From the NCBI GenBank assembly GCA_052390235.1, contig JBQTHB010000005.1, positions 96,001-160,000 of the forward strand: DNA of 64,000 nucleotides. The letters are read 5' to 3'. The position numbers and the translations under genes are program-made. This DNA comes from Deltaproteobacteria bacterium. Its GTDB lineage: Bacteria > Desulfobacterota_D > UBA1144 > Nemesobacterales > CSP1-2. Shown here piece after piece: positions 10,027 through 17,966 of this stretch; the first letter of the stretch is position 1, and every line of letters starts with the position of its first letter. The notes under the pieces were generated by a model. The model ran no database searches, was not told the origin of the DNA, and saw only the letters and a program-made list of their open reading frames with translations.

Positions 10027-11337
10027 ATGACCAAATTTATCGCTAGACTGAGACCATTCCAATTGCTTGCGCTGGGGTTCCTTTCGTACGTCATCATTGG
10101 CGCACTTTTGCTCTCCTTACCGTTTTCTCGGGCGGCCCCTGTGAAGTTTGTGGATAATGTGTTCAACGTGACTTCTGCCATGTCCACCACAGGATTAGCG
10201 ACTGTGAGTGTCGCTGATTCCTATACGTTTTTTGGGGAGCTTGTGTTGTTGATCCTGTTTCAACTCGGCGGGATCGGCTACATGACAGTTACTTCATTCA
10301 TTATTCTTTCTCGTGGGCAGACACTTTCGGCAACCAGAATCAAAGTATTGACAGCGGAGTTTACCCTTCCGGAAGGGTTTCAGATCACGCAGTTTGTAAA
10401 ACATATTATAGTTTTTACTGTATTGATTGAAGCGATAGGGACGACGTTACTCTTCTTTGAGTTCCGCGCCGCCGGCGTTAAAGATACACTCTGGTCGGCT
10501 GTGTTTCACTCGGTCTCGGCATTTGCCACAGCGGGATTTAGTTTGAACAATAACAGTTTAGAGGACTTTAGAGGTAATGGCATCGTGAATGTTACTGTGG
10601 CTCTTCTTTGTTATCTGGGCGCAATCGGCTTTATTGTTTTACAGGATGCCTTCCTTGCTGTGCGCCACCGTGAGTATCGTATTACTTTTACGTCCAAAGT
10701 CATTTTGGGCATTACGGTGGCCATTTTCTTTGCTCTGACACCCCTTTTTTATTTGGTAGAGCCTGCGCTCGTGGGTCTTCCGACTTTTGAACGATTACTT
10801 GCCGCTGCATTTCAAGTAATGACGGCTTCCAGCACGGCAGGATTTAACACCATTCCGATTGGACAGCTTTCAGCTGCCTCGCTTAGCTTGATCATCGGGG
10901 CAATGATCATCGGGGCTTCACCGAGTGGAACGGGAGGTGGGATTAAGACCACTTCGATTTCAGCCTTTGGCGGCATCCTTGTCTCCACCCTTAAAGGAAA
11001 CAAGGTTATCACGTTTTTTGGTCACGAGGTGCCGATGTTTCGCTTGATGACCGCGATTTCTGCCACGGCACTTTATATTATTGTCTTGCAGATCGGAGTA
11101 TTTTTGCTGACCCTGACAGAGCAGCAGGACTCTCTAAAATTGATGTTTGAAGCGGCATCTGCATTAGGAACGGTGGGGTTGAGCATGGGCATTACTGGCG
11201 AGCTATCTCATCTTGGAAAATGGATCGTGATCACGCTTATGTTCATGGGACGCGTTGGTCCACTCACTATAGGATTGGCTCTGTTTCACAGCCCGAAAGA
11301 TGCGGATAACCACCAAAAATCCGATCTGGCTACGTGA
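10027..11337 (+). CDS. KtrB/TrkH-family K+ uptake membrane subunit (cassette 1)
   Basis: Four pore loops: SAMSTTG, SAFATAGF, ASSTAGF, SALGTVGLS; GASPSGTGGGIKTT; MFMGRVGPLT. Confidence 0.92.
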   Translation: MTKFIARLRPFQLLALGFLSYVIIGALLLSLPFSRAAPVKFVDNVFNVTSAMSTTGLATVSVADSYTFFGELVLLILFQLGGIGYMTVTSFIILSRGQTLSATRIKVLTAEFTLPEGFQITQFVKHIIVFTVLIEAIGTTLLFFEFRAAGVKDTLWSAVFHSVSAFATAGFSLNNNSLEDFRGNGIVNVTVALLCYLGAIGFIVLQDAFLAVRHREYRITFTSKVILGITVAIFFALTPLFYLVEPALVGLPTFERLLAAAFQVMTASSTAGFNTIPIGQLSAASLSLIIGAMIIGASPSGTGGGIKTTSISAFGGILVSTLKGNKVITFFGHEVPMFRLMTAISATALYIIVLQIGVFLLTLTEQQDSLKLMFEAASALGTVGLSMGITGELSHLGKWIVITLMFMGRVGPLTIGLALFHSPKDADNHQKSDLAT

Positions 11338-11340
11338 AGA

Positions 11341-11367
11341 AAAAACAAGACAGCTTGGACGTTAGAC
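11341..11367 (+). repeat. Collapsed attC remnant (core GTTAGAC at 11361)
   Basis: AGCTTGGAC-GTTAGAC right after the KtrB stop; near-complementary GTGTAAC closes the next cassette at 11679. Confidence 0.5.
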
Positions 11368-11473
11368 GAACAGGCCGATCGAGCGGAGATGCTGGGGATG
11401 ACGTTGATGCGCAAGGTCAGGACGCAGTCGTGGGCAAAGTCCGCACGGCCAGGGCTTTCACAGGCAGAGGCGG

Positions 11474-11665
11474 TATGAATACGTTGCGACGGTTCGTGTG
11501 GGCAGGATGGCTGGTGCCGGCGACATTCAGGGAAACAAGGAACTCGAAAAGAAGGCGAAGAACCGAACTGCGGAATTGGGCGGGGATACTGTCTTAATTC
11601 AACCTGAGCAACAAGGTTGGGTGGGGAAAAGCATGGTGGCCGACGCATACAAGTGCAAACAGTAG
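11474..11665 (+). pseudogene. Fragment of a small DUF4156/YbjQ-like exported protein (cassette 2)
   Basis: Frame not in ORF track: YEYVATVRVGRMAG...ELEKKAKNRTAELGGDTVLI...ADAYKCKQ*; no intact signal peptide or start upstream. Confidence 0.45.
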
Positions 11666-11678
11666 CTCTCAGCTTGCC

Positions 11679-11738
11679 GTGTAACAAAGCGTTGCAGTTG
11701 ACAGCGCTTCGCCGCGCGCCTTAGCATAGTCGTTGGGC
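11679..11738 (+). repeat. attC site (short type)
   Basis: GTGTAAC-AAAGCGTTGCAGTTGACAGCG...CCTTAGCATAGTC-GTTGGGC. Confidence 0.65.
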
Positions 11739-11783
11739 AGATTCTCGTTGCGCTTTAACAATTCGGAAATTTAACTGAACAAA

Positions 11784-11792
11784 TGCTACAAT
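11784..11792 (+). promoter_or_regulatory. Extended -10 promoter inside cassette 3
   Basis: TGcTACAAT, then GAGGT RBS before ATG 11814. Confidence 0.45.
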
Positions 11793-11813
11793 TACTTTGC
11801 TTGAGGTCAATTT

Positions 11814-12035
11814 ATGATAACGATTACTTTTCCAGACCACGATACTGAAAAACGCGCATTAGGATTTTTGCTAGGGCGTTTCTCCGGACGCGTCTTAAAA
11901 TCTGGCGAGCATCTTATTCCCGAAGCCGCGCTTGAGGCTTTAGCAAATCAAAACATTCCTTTTACAGTTCAAGGCAAATCAACTTATGAACAACAAATTG
12001 CGGCGGTTCGAGATACTACTCCCGTTAGAATTTAA
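11814..12035 (+). CDS. Small hypothetical protein, first gene of a TA-like pair (cassette 3)
   Basis: 73 aa, RBS GAGGT, overlaps the downstream gene by 50 bp. Confidence 0.7.
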   Translation: MITITFPDHDTEKRALGFLLGRFSGRVLKSGEHLIPEAALEALANQNIPFTVQGKSTYEQQIAAVRDTTPVRI

Positions 12036-12306
12036 CGACGGGCGCGAAGTGCCGCCTGATTGATTAGCCGAAGCTGTTTTGGAGATTGTCAAAAAGTTTG
12101 ACGCGGCGAGTTATGAAACGCAAAAAGTCGAAGGACATTGGCGACATCAATGCGTTTTGTATCGGGACAACTTAGTGAAAATTGTCATTGACACAACGGA
12201 TGAAGAGGCAAACCGCAAGTGGATGCGCGAGTATAAAGCGCGTTGGAAGGAAAAGCTGGAGCAACTTGAATTATGGCTCGTCAGTTACACTGTTGACGTA
12301 GATTAA
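11986..12306 (+). pseudogene. Hypothetical ~106-aa protein interrupted by in-frame TGA at 12061-12063
   Basis: MNNKLRRFEILLPLEFNDGREVPPD*LAEAVLEIVKKF... is in frame with track ORF 12079..12306. Confidence 0.7.
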
Positions 12307-12329
12307 AACGCTTCTCTGATGCCACATTT

Positions 12330-12441
12330 ATCCAATAATTCAATGGACGTGAGGGCAAACGGCGGCTTTGTTATCGCGTTGTGTGGTTTCCCTAAACTTG
12401 CGGGCGGGCGGTTTCGCTCCCCGGCATCTCCGCCGTTCGAT
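12330..12441 (+). repeat. attC site, long family copy A
   Basis: ATCCAAT...GACGTGAGGGCAAAC...GGTTTCGCTCCCCGGCATCTCCGCC-GTTCGAT; homologous to the 14689 and 15401 copies. Confidence 0.85.
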
Positions 12442-12513
12442 GCTTCGTGGTGTATAACATCGGCTTCAAGTAAAATAGCATTTGGTTTTTATTTTCTTAT
12501 TAATTATTGAAAA

Positions 12514-14676
12514 ATGTATCATTCAAAACTTCGCACACTTCGAGAACTGGCTGAAAATCTGTCAGAAGTTCTTGCAAATGAAAAAACAAATGAACGAGAT
12601 GAGCAATACGTTAGCTTTTTAGACGAACAAGTTGAAAGGCTTAATGACGCGCTCGACAAAGCACAAATACCTGACGAATATAAAGTTGCTATTGTCGGAC
12701 AGTTCAAAGTTGGAAAGTCTTCTTTTGTTAATGTTTTGCTCAATGTCAAAAATCTTGCGTCGGTCAATACCAACCCAGAAACTGCCGCCATTACGATTTT
12801 TCATTATGACGAAAAGGCTTTTGCAAAAGTGCATATGACCGACAAAAACGAATGGGACTCGATTGCAGAACCATACAAAGAAAATCCGAATTATTCAGAT
12901 GATTCCCGATACGGCCAAATCTTCAAACTCGAAAAATCAGGCGATTTGGCGAAAGAACACAAAGTAACTTTGTCGGAATTGGAAGGAAAATACATTTCAT
13001 CACCCGCATACGTTCAGCAAATTGAATGTGAAGATTGGAGTGCATCAAAATCGCAAACCACATTTGTAAAGGAAATCAAAAAGTTTATGTCAAGACGCAA
13101 CCCTGTTCATTATTTGGTTGACCGTCTTGAAGTCAATGTTCCCGCTACGCTTTTGCAAGATGGTATTGAACTGATTGACACTCCCGGACTTAATGATACC
13201 GACCGCTATCGTGTTCGTTTGACCGAAGAATTAGTCAAAGACGTAGATGTAATTTTGTATTTGACCGAATCGGGAAAGTCTTATGCACAATCCGATAAGG
13301 ATTTTATCGTTACACAACTCAGACGCGGTAAAATCAAACATCTTCTTATTGTTGTAACAAAGTGCGATTTAACTTTTGAGGCGGCTAAGAAAGATGCCGA
13401 AGAAAGCGACGATGAGCCGCCGACATTTGAAGAACATTTAGCGACCGAAGAAAAGCGAATTCGTGAGCAAATCAAAAATACTTTGAATGAATTGTTGGAT
13501 GAAACCAAAGACGACGAAAAGGGTTATTTCTTTATTGAGCAGTTAGACGAAGTTGGAATTAGTTTTATTTCAGCGAATTGGTATAAAGAAGAAAATCCTA
13601 ATAGTGGAATCAGTGAATTACGTGAAAGGCTAAAAGAGATGCTGACCCAAAGCCAGCGCATCACCAATGCAAAAGTTATTTTAGAGCGAGTCTTGAATGA
13701 CGTTCTTGATAAGACTAGAACAAACATTCAAGCGCGTTTAGAAATTACTAAATCAACTTTTGACGCTAAACGAGTTCGCCAACAACTTGAAAATATTAAG
13801 GCGGAACTCGATGACAAATTTGATTCTTTTCAGGACTTTGCTGAAAAAAAAGCGAACTTGCTCGCTAAAAAAAACTCTGCTGATTCGGAACTTACCGAAT
13901 CGAAAATAGAAAATATTGTAAGCAGTGCAAAATCTGTTATTGAAGATTACAAAACCGGAGACATTGTAAAGCATTGGAGAACTCGCCGAGTTGGACGTTG
14001 GCTCTACCTGTATGACGTGCAGGAAAAAATTGCCAATAAAATTTTTATCCATGTTCATAGCCTTTTAAAAAGATACGTGGAAAGGTTTCGAGAATTTACG
14101 GACGACCTAAAATCTGAAATGGGAAATCTGCAAAAAGTTATTGCTGAAATTGAGCAAAGTAATCATTTGGAAGATGAAGAACAATCACTCGACCTAATCG
14201 AAAATTTTGACAGAAGATATGCAGTTCAAGAAGATGACTTGCTTGAGTTTATAAATTCTCAAGAACAAAAAATATCGGAACGTCTTGAATCTTTTATCTC
14301 TCACGAAGTAGAAGACAAAATAGAAGAAGCGCGAACTAATGTTTCAGCCGTTCTCGGCACAGGAACCACTTGGAGGCAAGATGAACAGGTGATAAAGTTT
14401 TATTCTTTTTTCAAAGACGCTATTGGCACAGAGTTAAATAAGTTTCTGACGCAGCAAGTCAAAAATTTAGCAAACTCCCTTGAGAAAAAAGCAAAACAAA
14501 TTTACCCGGAATTGAAACTCGACCTTGATAACATCTTGGAGATTAGGCTTAAAGCAATCGAAAGCGGTTTACTTGAGTTAAATCAAAATGAAAAAGAAAC
14601 TTTGGAAAAACGCTTGAAACACTTTTCAACGAGTCTTAAAAGAATCGAGAAATCATTTCAATTAGAAATTGTGTGA
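12514..14676 (+). CDS. Dynamin-like GTPase (cassette 4)
   Basis: G1 GQFKVGKS, G2 PETA, G3 DTPG, G4 TKCD; long helical/coiled-coil C-terminal half. Confidence 0.9.
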   Translation: MYHSKLRTLRELAENLSEVLANEKTNERDEQYVSFLDEQVERLNDALDKAQIPDEYKVAIVGQFKVGKSSFVNVLLNVKNLASVNTNPETAAITIFHYDEKAFAKVHMTDKNEWDSIAEPYKENPNYSDDSRYGQIFKLEKSGDLAKEHKVTLSELEGKYISSPAYVQQIECEDWSASKSQTTFVKEIKKFMSRRNPVHYLVDRLEVNVPATLLQDGIELIDTPGLNDTDRYRVRLTEELVKDVDVILYLTESGKSYAQSDKDFIVTQLRRGKIKHLLIVVTKCDLTFEAAKKDAEESDDEPPTFEEHLATEEKRIREQIKNTLNELLDETKDDEKGYFFIEQLDEVGISFISANWYKEENPNSGISELRERLKEMLTQSQRITNAKVILERVLNDVLDKTRTNIQARLEITKSTFDAKRVRQQLENIKAELDDKFDSFQDFAEKKANLLAKKNSADSELTESKIENIVSSAKSVIEDYKTGDIVKHWRTRRVGRWLYLYDVQEKIANKIFIHVHSLLKRYVERFREFTDDLKSEMGNLQKVIAEIEQSNHLEDEEQSLDLIENFDRRYAVQEDDLLEFINSQEQKISERLESFISHEVEDKIEEARTNVSAVLGTGTTWRQDEQVIKFYSFFKDAIGTELNKFLTQQVKNLANSLEKKAKQIYPELKLDLDNILEIRLKAIESGLLELNQNEKETLEKRLKHFSTSLKRIEKSFQLEIV

Positions 14677-14688
14677 TAATAAAGGGAA

Positions 14689-14801
14689 TCAGAACAACTC
14701 AATAGACGTGAGGGCGAAACAGCTACTTTGTTATCACGTTGTCCGTTAAACTCGAAGCTGTGCGTAGGCGGTTTCGCTCCCCGGTATCTCCGCCGTTCGA
14801 T
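14689..14801 (+). repeat. attC site, long family copy B
   Basis: TCAGAAC-AACTCAATAGACGTGAGGGCGAAAC...GGTTTCGCTCCCCGGTATCTCCGCC-GTTCGAT. Confidence 0.88.
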
Positions 14802-14832
14802 GCTTCGTGATTGAAACGACGATATTTGCTCT

Positions 14833-14891
14833 TTGACACATTTAAATTTTAGTGCGCGTCTGTGTCGAATCACGGATTTTCGTGCTAGGAT
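14833..14891 (+). promoter_or_regulatory. hicBA promoter/operator region
   Basis: Inverted repeat TTGACACA...TGTGTCGA, palindrome CACGGATTTTCGTG, extended -10 TGcTAGGAT. Confidence 0.45.
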
Positions 14892-14907
14892 TTATTTGAG
14901 GTATAAA

Positions 14908-15135
14908 ATGTTACGAGATATCAAAATTATCGTCGAAAAACATTCTGACGGTTACGTTGCTTATCCGCTTGGCTTGAAAGGCGCAGTTATTGGCGCAGGC
15001 GACACTTATGAAGAAGCACTTTCGGACGTTAAATCAGCCATCCGTTTTCATATCGAAACTTTCGGCGCGGAGGTTTTGAACACTGACGAGCAAGCGCTTG
15101 AGGCGTTCGTGGCAGAAGCGGAAATTTTGGCATAA
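14908..15135 (+). CDS. hicB: HicB-family antitoxin, short form (cassette 5)
   Basis: [42 protein letters not shown] overlap with hicA. Confidence 0.88.
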   Translation: MLRDIKIIVEKHSDGYVAYPLGLKGAVIGAGDTYEEALSDVKSAIRFHIETFGAEVLNTDEQALEAFVAEAEILA

Positions 15136-15374
15136 TGGCGAAGTTTCCCATTGACGCGCCAAAGGCAAGGGTGCTACGAGCGTTGGCATCGTTGGGTTTT
15201 GAGGTTGTTCGTGAGCGCGAACATATTTCTTTGGCACGAAACAACTCGGACGGAACGCAAACGCCTTTGACGATACCAAACCACGCTAAACTAAAAAGTT
15301 CAACCCTGCGCGGAATTTGCACACAGGCTGGAATCGCCCGCGACGAGTTTTTAAAAGCATATAAGCAAAGTTAG
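15135..15374 (+). CDS. hicA: HicA-family mRNA interferase toxin
   Basis: [29 protein letters not shown]. Confidence 0.88.
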   Translation: MAKFPIDAPKARVLRALASLGFEVVREREHISLARNNSDGTQTPLTIPNHAKLKSSTLRGICTQAGIARDEFLKAYKQS

Positions 15375-15400
15375 AAAAAGGTTTCTGAAAACAAAAACGC

Positions 15401-15513
15401 ATCGAACGACTCAATAAACGTGAGGGCGAAACAGTGGCTTTGTTATCAGCGTCTTTGGTGAACTCAGGGTTCCGGGGCTGCGGTTTCGCTCCCCGGCATC
15501 TCCGCCGTTGGGC
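15401..15513 (+). repeat. attC site, long family copy C
   Basis: GC-ATCGAAC-GACTCAATAAACGTGAGGGCGAAAC...GGTTTCGCTCCCCGGCATCTCCGCC-GTTGGGC. Confidence 0.88.
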
Positions 15514-15562
15514 GGCTTCTGCTAGCCACTTTTAATTACTTAGTCCACTAAGGAGGTTTTAT

Positions 15563-16000
15563 ATGAAGTGTCGTTTTATGAGCTTAGCTGTTGCAATACT
15601 TGTTGTTGCTACGGGATGTGTTTCAAATAAGGCTATTCAAACTGTCCAAGCTGGCGACGATGCCAAGCCATGTTCAGAGCTCAAAGCTGAACTGACCCAA
15701 CTGGGCGTTAAATTTGATTATGCAAAAGGCGACTCTGGCATTACAGGTAAGAATGTCGGTGCGGCGGTTCTCTTTTGGCCTGCCATTATCGTGAATGAAT
15801 TTAGGGCAAGCAAAAACCAAGACTCAATTGATAAAAGGCTTACTCATCTAACTACCATCTATAACAGTAAATGCACTGGTGGCTCGGAAGATGGCAAGCT
15901 GACAGAGAGACTGCGTGAATTAAAAGATCTGCATGATGAAGATCTGATTGGAGACGAAGAGTACGAAAAGTCGCGTAAACGCGCACTTGAACAACTGTAA
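15563..16000 (+). CDS. Lipoprotein with C-terminal SHOCT-like domain (cassette 6)
   Basis: AGGAGG RBS; lipobox ATGC; C-terminal RLRELKDLHDEDLIGDEEYEKSRKRAL. Confidence 0.8.
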   Translation: MKCRFMSLAVAILVVATGCVSNKAIQTVQAGDDAKPCSELKAELTQLGVKFDYAKGDSGITGKNVGAAVLFWPAIIVNEFRASKNQDSIDKRLTHLTTIYNSKCTGGSEDGKLTERLRELKDLHDEDLIGDEEYEKSRKRALEQL

Positions 16001-16015
16001 TGGAAGGTTGTCCGC

Positions 16016-16061
16016 ACATAACACGTCGCTCAAATCGCAGGCTTCGCGTTACGGCGTATGC
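16016..16061 (+). repeat. Degenerate attC
   Basis: ACATAAC-ACGTCGCTCAAATCG...GGCG-TATGCAG (GTTATGC lacking one T); complementary GCATAAC at 16610 closes the next cassette. Confidence 0.5.
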
Positions 16062-16112
16062 AGTTGGCAGAAACACGGAAAGTATCAACAATTAAAACAG
16101 GAGAGCGTAAAA

Positions 16113-16604
16113 ATGAAAATGTATAAATGGGCTGTAGCTGCCCTTCTCTTATTATTCGCTGGAAATGCCGCGGCAGCGGACTCGTCATGCAATCCAATTC
16201 TTGCGGCAGACGAGGCGAGAATTAAATTACCGGCATGGCACACTATATTGGTTGACTCTGACTCTGACGGTGTGCGTATAGAAGTCATGAAAGTAGATGG
16301 GAAGTTTTTCCAGAACATCGGCGGCGAATGGATGGAATCGCCCATGAACTTTGACCAGGCAGTGCGCACCATGGTCGCCGCGGTTAGAAGCGGAGAAGTG
16401 AAATTGGAGTGTGCGTCGGCGGGCAGCGATATTGTTGACGGCATGCCGATGAGTGTCATAACCAGCAGAGTCGAAATAAAGGGCGCTCCTGCGGCTGACT
16501 CGAAACTCTACATAGGCAAATCGGACGGCCTCCTCTATAAGCAGGTTAGCGGCGCTGTCAGCGTAACTTATAAATACAAAGGGATATCCGCGCCAAAATT
16601 ATGA
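16113..16604 (+). CDS. Secreted beta-rich hypothetical protein (cassette 7)
   Basis: AGGAGAG RBS before ATG 16113; signal peptide ending NAAA; C-terminal KLYIGKSDGLLYKQ. Confidence 0.75.
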   Translation: MKMYKWAVAALLLLFAGNAAAADSSCNPILAADEARIKLPAWHTILVDSDSDGVRIEVMKVDGKFFQNIGGEWMESPMNFDQAVRTMVAAVRSGEVKLECASAGSDIVDGMPMSVITSRVEIKGAPAADSKLYIGKSDGLLYKQVSGAVSVTYKYKGISAPKL

Positions 16605-16619
16605 GCTGGGCATAACATA

Positions 16620-17012
16620 ATGCGTATCTATCTCGCTCTAGTCGGGGTTTTTCTACTCGCGGCTGGGTCGACGCTAATTGCGAAGAGGCTTCGGATGCCC
16701 AGAGCCTCATCCAGAGCCGTGGGTAAAATCACCTCCTATTTAGAGCGCGCCATCGAAGACGAAGGCCATCGGCGCAGTTTCTTTCCCGTCATTACGTTCC
16801 CCGCCCATGACGGTCAGATGTACACATTCACCGCCGCCGCAGGTTACGGCTCAAGAAAATACGCCGAGGGTCAGCCGGTTGCGGTTCTCTATGAGACCGC
16901 ACAGCCACCGCGCGCATTCATCGAGAGCTTCCATCATTTATGAGCGGGACCGCTGGCGTTTGTGTTTCTCGGAGCTATCGCCGTTGGGGCGGCGGCGGGC
17001 ATTCGGCAGTAG
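16620..17012 (+). pseudogene. DUF3592-like membrane protein with in-frame TGA at 16941-16943 (cassette 8)
   Basis: N-terminal TM, FFPVITF...YAEGQPVAVLYE..P..AFI; the frame continues past TGA into a TM helix (AGPLAFVFLGAIAVG) to TAG at 17010-17012. Confidence 0.7.
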
Positions 17013-17166
17013 TTTCACCCAAATTTCAAATCCTCACCCCCCCCAGCCTATAAGTGAATCTCCCGCTGGCAATTTAAAATTATACTCAGATCATTGAGGA
17101 AGCGAGAGGGCGATGCCGCGATGATGATCGGAGGCACTTATAACGCGCCCTCAGATAAAAATCATA

Positions 17167-17195
17167 TTGACTTGCTACGCCAAATTTAGTTTAAT
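17167..17195 (+). promoter_or_regulatory. Sigma70-type promoter
   Basis: TTGACT-17 bp-TTTAAT upstream of the 17252 ORF. Confidence 0.5.
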
Positions 17196-17251
17196 CTGAG
17201 GTTGTAAATTGCCCGTGTTTCGGGATATTAATACCAAGTGGAGGCGACGTT

Positions 17252-17545
17252 ATGGGTAAAAAAACTATCACAGTTGACATTTTCCAGTGCGATTTTATTG
17301 ATGATAAAGGCTCATGCTCTAACGAAGGGGAGCGTCCAGCAATAAAGCAATGCGCTATCTGCAAGAAGGATCTATGCAACCGGCACTACGAGACATTCAA
17401 CATACAGAAACTCTCAGGGCCCACGGGGGCGAGCGGCACGCTGATTTACTTCTTCTGCTGGGATCACTCTCAGGAGTTCATCAATATGCTCGTGCAAACC
17501 CTCGGCGACACGAGACCCATAGCCTACGCGGGAATGGCTAAGTAG
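17252..17545 (+). CDS. Small Cys/His-rich putative zinc-finger protein
   Basis: GGAGG RBS; C-x8-C-x11-C-x2-C-x4-C-x2-H plus a later C-x2-H. Confidence 0.75.
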   Translation: MGKKTITVDIFQCDFIDDKGSCSNEGERPAIKQCAICKKDLCNRHYETFNIQKLSGPTGASGTLIYFFCWDHSQEFINMLVQTLGDTRPIAYAGMAK

Positions 17546-17719
17546 GCAGAGGGACTCCCCCGCTCGCCACCGCGCGAAGATGGGCTATTTATCTTTAGTT
17601 TGCGGCGGACGGGCGATTTGCTCCTCGGGTGTCATCCGACTCCAGAATTTTGGTCAGAGCGTCTGCCGCCTGCGTGCCTCGCATCTTTTTTTATTGGATT
17701 TCGATGGTTAGGATTCATT

Positions 17720-17878
17720 ATGAGCAGAAAAAAAGAGGCGGAAAGCGGCAAATTCGAGGGATTTTTCAAATTAAGAAAAAAAGCCCCGAAGTCCGGCGCG
17801 CCCATTAAATCGAAAAAAGATAAAGCGCGGGAGCGACGGGTAAAGCCCAAAGACCTCATCAGAGACTCAGGGGATTAG
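17720..17878 (+). CDS. Small basic (Lys/Arg-rich) hypothetical protein
   Basis: 52 aa from ATG 17720, AGGA upstream; no recognisable family. Confidence 0.45.
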   Translation: MSRKKEAESGKFEGFFKLRKKAPKSGAPIKSKKDKARERRVKPKDLIRDSGD

Positions 17879-17966
17879 CCAGCCCCCTCCCCGTAGAGGC
17901 CCCTATAGCCGGCTCATCTCCTATACATTGCCGCCTAAATTTGTTATCTTCATAGGCGGGGAACCC

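Larger units (their letters stand above)
9687..17012 (+). mobile_element. Degenerate integron: intI remnant plus array of about 8 gene cassettes
   Basis: intI fragment on -, all cargo on +, attC-like sites between genes, visibly AT-rich middle cassettes. Confidence 0.85.

Noticed and set aside
11334..11597. 87-aa ORF after KtrB
   Set aside because: It spans an attC remnant and looks non-protein-like; another frame (11474-11665) gives a more plausible fragment.
12319..12510. 63-aa ORF
   Set aside because: It is a translation of attC copy A; the same applies to 14658..14873(-).
12330..15513. The three long repeats as a CRISPR array or IS ends
   Set aside because: They are ~112 bp, separated by whole genes and carry AAC/AAT...GTT core sites; no cas or transposase gene is present. 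attC fits better.
15948..16112. N-terminal extension of the 218-aa ORF
   Set aside because: It crosses a degenerate attC; the RBS and signal peptide point to ATG 16113.
12061..16943. UGA=Trp recoding or selenocysteine
   Set aside because: The 11986 ORF uses TGG for its other Trp codons, and TGA terminates many genes here, including cassette genes.
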